Program-made: the position numbers and the translations under genes
From: Octopus sinensis
Lineage: Eukaryota
Length of the DNA: 53,968 nt
Direction of reading: 5' to 3'
Assembly: GCF_006345805.1 (NCBI RefSeq)
Contig: NW_021833833.1
Span: forward strand, 1 to 53,968
The notes under the pieces: model-generated
Seen by the model: only the letters and a program-made list of their open reading frames with translations
Databases searched by the model: none
What the model was told of the DNA's origin: nothing
Part shown: positions 50,613 through 53,968 of the stretch, piece by piece
Position numbering within the stretch: position 1 is the stretch's first letter
How the letters are laid out: each line of letters starts with the position of its first letter

Positions 50613-51538
50613 AAGCTAGCGAAATCTGTACTTTTGTGTATGAGCATAATCGAATAATGGAACCTTAGCTTTGTTATAATTCCTCCTTCAAATACAGATA
50701 GGAATTTTAACGGGGATATTTAAAGAGCAAAATCGGTAGAGCATCGAACGAAAGAATTTGCGAATTTTACTTAGGTCTTTTTACATACTGAGATCAATTT
50801 CCATTTTTATCTACTTGGCCCTCAGATATCAATAAAATATATTTTTTCCATTTGAATATTGAAAACGATATATTTAACTATTATTCACCGCTCCAAATAA
50901 TACATCAACAGAGCCATCACCCATTGATGGATACTTCTGATATCTTGGAAATCCCAATGATCTAACTAAATTCATCCGACCTCGTACACGGGATAAAAAC
51001 TCATGAAGTGGTAGGAAAGTTATAGGAGACGTGAGGCGAAAAAGCAGTATAATTTCGTGTCTTCAGTCAGAATATAAGACAGACCAGCGAGGTGGGAACG
51101 GAATGTTTGAATTGTGTGAAAAAAACAGCACGAGGATGTTGTATTCCAACGGCGACAAAAAAAAATGAAAGGACTGCTATCGGATAGAATATGATATTAA
51201 AATATGGCATTAAAAATATGTTGAAGCCTAGAACAAAGAAATATTTTACATTTTGACTGGAACCATCTGTTTTCCAGCCAGTCTGATGATGTGTCTATAT
51301 TTTTTTTAAATAAGAACTGAGAAAAACAGGAAAAAAAGAAAAGAAAAGAAAAAAAAAGAAACAAGAAAAAGATGAAAAATAATATTTTCGTTATACGGCC
51401 AGATCTAGAGATTAAATATTTTTAATTTCTGCTGCTGTTACATTTCTTGCCAAATTTTAGGAATCTAACATACCTACTATATATGTACATACATACAAAC
51501 ATAAATACATACATACATATATACATACATACATATAT

Positions 51539-51569
<31 letters not shown>

Positions 51570-51597
51570 CATATATATACATATTCATATATATATA

Positions 51598-51638
<41 letters not shown>

Positions 51639-51816
51639 GCATGTATGTATGTATATATGTATATATGTATGTTATATTTATATATGTGGTATAATATATA
51701 TATGTATATATGTATATATGAATATATATATGTATATGTATGTATATATATATATACATATACATATTGCACATACGCAATATTGCACTTAGGAGTGTAT
51801 GTATGTATGTATAATC

Positions 51817-51869
<53 letters not shown>

Positions 51870-51976
51870 TATACACACACATACACACATGTGTGGAGAT
51901 GCGCGCACGCGTGTACAACTGAGTGGACAAACGGAAGAAAAAGACACTCAACGCAGTAGGATTTACACATATCATT

Positions 51977-52124
51977 TAAAACTGTTTGATTCGGTTTCAT
52001 GCGACTTAAAGTTTCGCAGGCCTCTAACAAAACCCGTCGCTTTCATGCTATAGATTTGGTAATCGGGCTTCTGTGAGAGACCTGCGAAACTTTAAATCTC
52101 ATAGAACCGAATCAAACCGTTTTA
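51977..52124. mobile_element. ~150-bp foldback MITE with ~60-bp imperfect TIRs
   Basis: aaaactgtttgattcggtt...acccg (51978-52036) mirrors cgggct...aaccgaatcaaaccgtttt (52064-52123); sits next to TA/TACA repeats. Confidence 0.7.
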
Positions 52125-52131
52125 GTATACA

Positions 52132-52226
<95 letters not shown>

Positions 52227-52639
52227 AGAAATAGTGAGGGGTTATCGATCTGGGCAAAAATATTTCATAAGCCCTCTACTGGCACCCCAGGCTAACAAAA
52301 TTAGTTAGATTAGTGAAGAACTCCAAGTAATCTTTTGGTAGGGCCCAAAGTTATGGTTCATTATAATTCTACATTGTAAATCCGTGGAAGGGCTCAATTA
52401 AAACTGGTATTTACAGAGTGATATACAAGAAACAAGTTAAAATAATGGTCATTACATGTAATTCCTTTATTGGAGCAAATTTGGCCTACAGCTGTTTCGA
52501 GTATTCATTATAGATACATTACTGATAGGTTTACTCAATTGGTGGTAGTGGTGGTGGTGAGTGCATAGTAAAAAGTATTTCTTTTTTAATTGAGTTAAGC
52601 ATTTTATATCACCTATCACTTAACGCATGCGCATCCCAA

Positions 52640-52892
52640 AATTGCCATTCACCAGATTCCCGTTCGCCTGTCATACGCAATGACTATCAATAAATCACAA
52701 GGGCAGACATTTGATAAAGTGGGGACGTTTTTGCCCGAACCTGTATTCGGCCATGGTCAGCTATATGCTGCATTGTCAGCAACTCGTAAATTATCTGAGG
52801 TGAGATTTAAAGTTATCAACTCTGACAAACAAGGGAAAAGAAGAGAGAGAATTTACACGAAGTACAAAATCTGCAAAGAAGTATTGGATTGA
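52640..52892 (+). mobile_element. Helitron PIF1 helicase C-terminal fragment
   Basis: [42 protein letters not shown]...KEVLD*, containing the classic helicase motifs V and VI of Helitrons. Confidence 0.88.
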
Positions 52893-53689
52893 AAGATGTA
52901 CGCAAACTGAATTGTGCATTGGCTCTGACCCATCGTCTTGTTATCAACGATGTGGTTTTCCGAGTAGGCCATGTTGCATTACATTTTTACCCCCGTGAAA
53001 TTGCGACCCCTATATATTACATACAAAATAATTTTTTACTATAAATTTTTTGTTTTCTAGATATAAAATTGTGACCATCTAAATTTTGAAGCGCAATTTT
53101 TTCTGTTTAAGGGGAAAATGGAAAAATAAGAGTGAATATTCATTATATGAGTGCTGTGTATTAAGTCTATAAAACTGTGCATAAAGTATACAAAGTATAT
53201 ACGTAAAGTGCATTAAGCAATCATCGTATTTCAATTTCCTTCACTTTTCAATGAATAGCAGATGAGCGACTATCTTTTGATACAGACACAACACAAGCAA
53301 CGCTTTCAGGCTTTTCGGATAAAGTTTTCAGGAATAACCCGATAGGTTTACAAATAATTCCGTGAAATATTCACGGATCCCGCTAGGGCATACATAAAAC
53401 TTTCCAGAAGTTTATCATTTAAGGATATATGAGCATGTCTAGATATGCAACTATATGCATGAGAATACAAACATAAAACAAAGCTTAAAAAACCTGCTTA
53501 TATGCATACATGCAAAAATACCCTGTTGATGTGGTTGAAATTCCAGTGGAGGCGCTTTGATCTAGGTTATTAAGCGGCTCTTTCTCTATTGGTAAGAAGT
53601 CTTGAAATAAAACTGAATAATGATATACATACACACACACACACACACATAGAACGATAAAATAGTCAGACAGACTGACATAAGGACGG

Positions 53690-53801
53690 ACGGACGGACA
53701 GACAGACAGCCAAGCAGACAGATAGATAAATAGATAGATAGATAAATAGATAGATAGATAGATAGCTAGATAGATAGATAGATAGATAGATGGATGGATG
53801 G

Positions 53802-53871
<70 letters not shown>

Positions 53872-53898
53872 TAGATAGATAGATAGATAGATAGATAG

Positions 53899-53937
<39 letters not shown>

Positions 53938-53968
53938 GGATGGATGGATATATATATATATATATATA
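53690..53968. repeat. (GACA)n/(GATA)n/(TA)n compound microsatellite
   Basis: Direct inspection. Confidence 0.95.

Noticed and set aside
52484-52545. Minus-strand GAAACAGCUGUA^GGCC resembling a hammerhead 3' half
   Set aside because: No CUGANGA or matching stem I strand was found upstream; at most a half-motif.

Overview
Eukaryotic genomic DNA that is very rich in microsatellites and transposons. The repeat families look like those of an octopus (coleoid cephalopod); that assignment is pattern recognition, not a database match. There is one confident protein-coding gene: an Atoh8/Net-class bHLH transcription factor on the + strand (ORF 13158-15401). It is loaded with homopolymer tracts and has no in-frame ATG for ~650 codons, so its true start is unresolved. 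The rest of the window holds three tRNA-headed SINE families, decayed LINEs (APE-type, Tx1/L1-like, RLE-type), one young CR1 fragment, Penelope-like remnants, Tc1/mariner, hAT and piggyBac-type elements, and Helitron helicase fragments. The most notable non-coding observation is a well-formed type I hammerhead ribozyme motif (48574-48647) inside a ~363-nt direct-repeat unit, i.e. a candidate metazoan retrozyme-like element. Also notable are a perfect 110-bp-arm palindrome (21586-21808) and a fossil hammerhead (~30195-30232). All alignments and folds were done by eye, and repeat boundaries are approximate.
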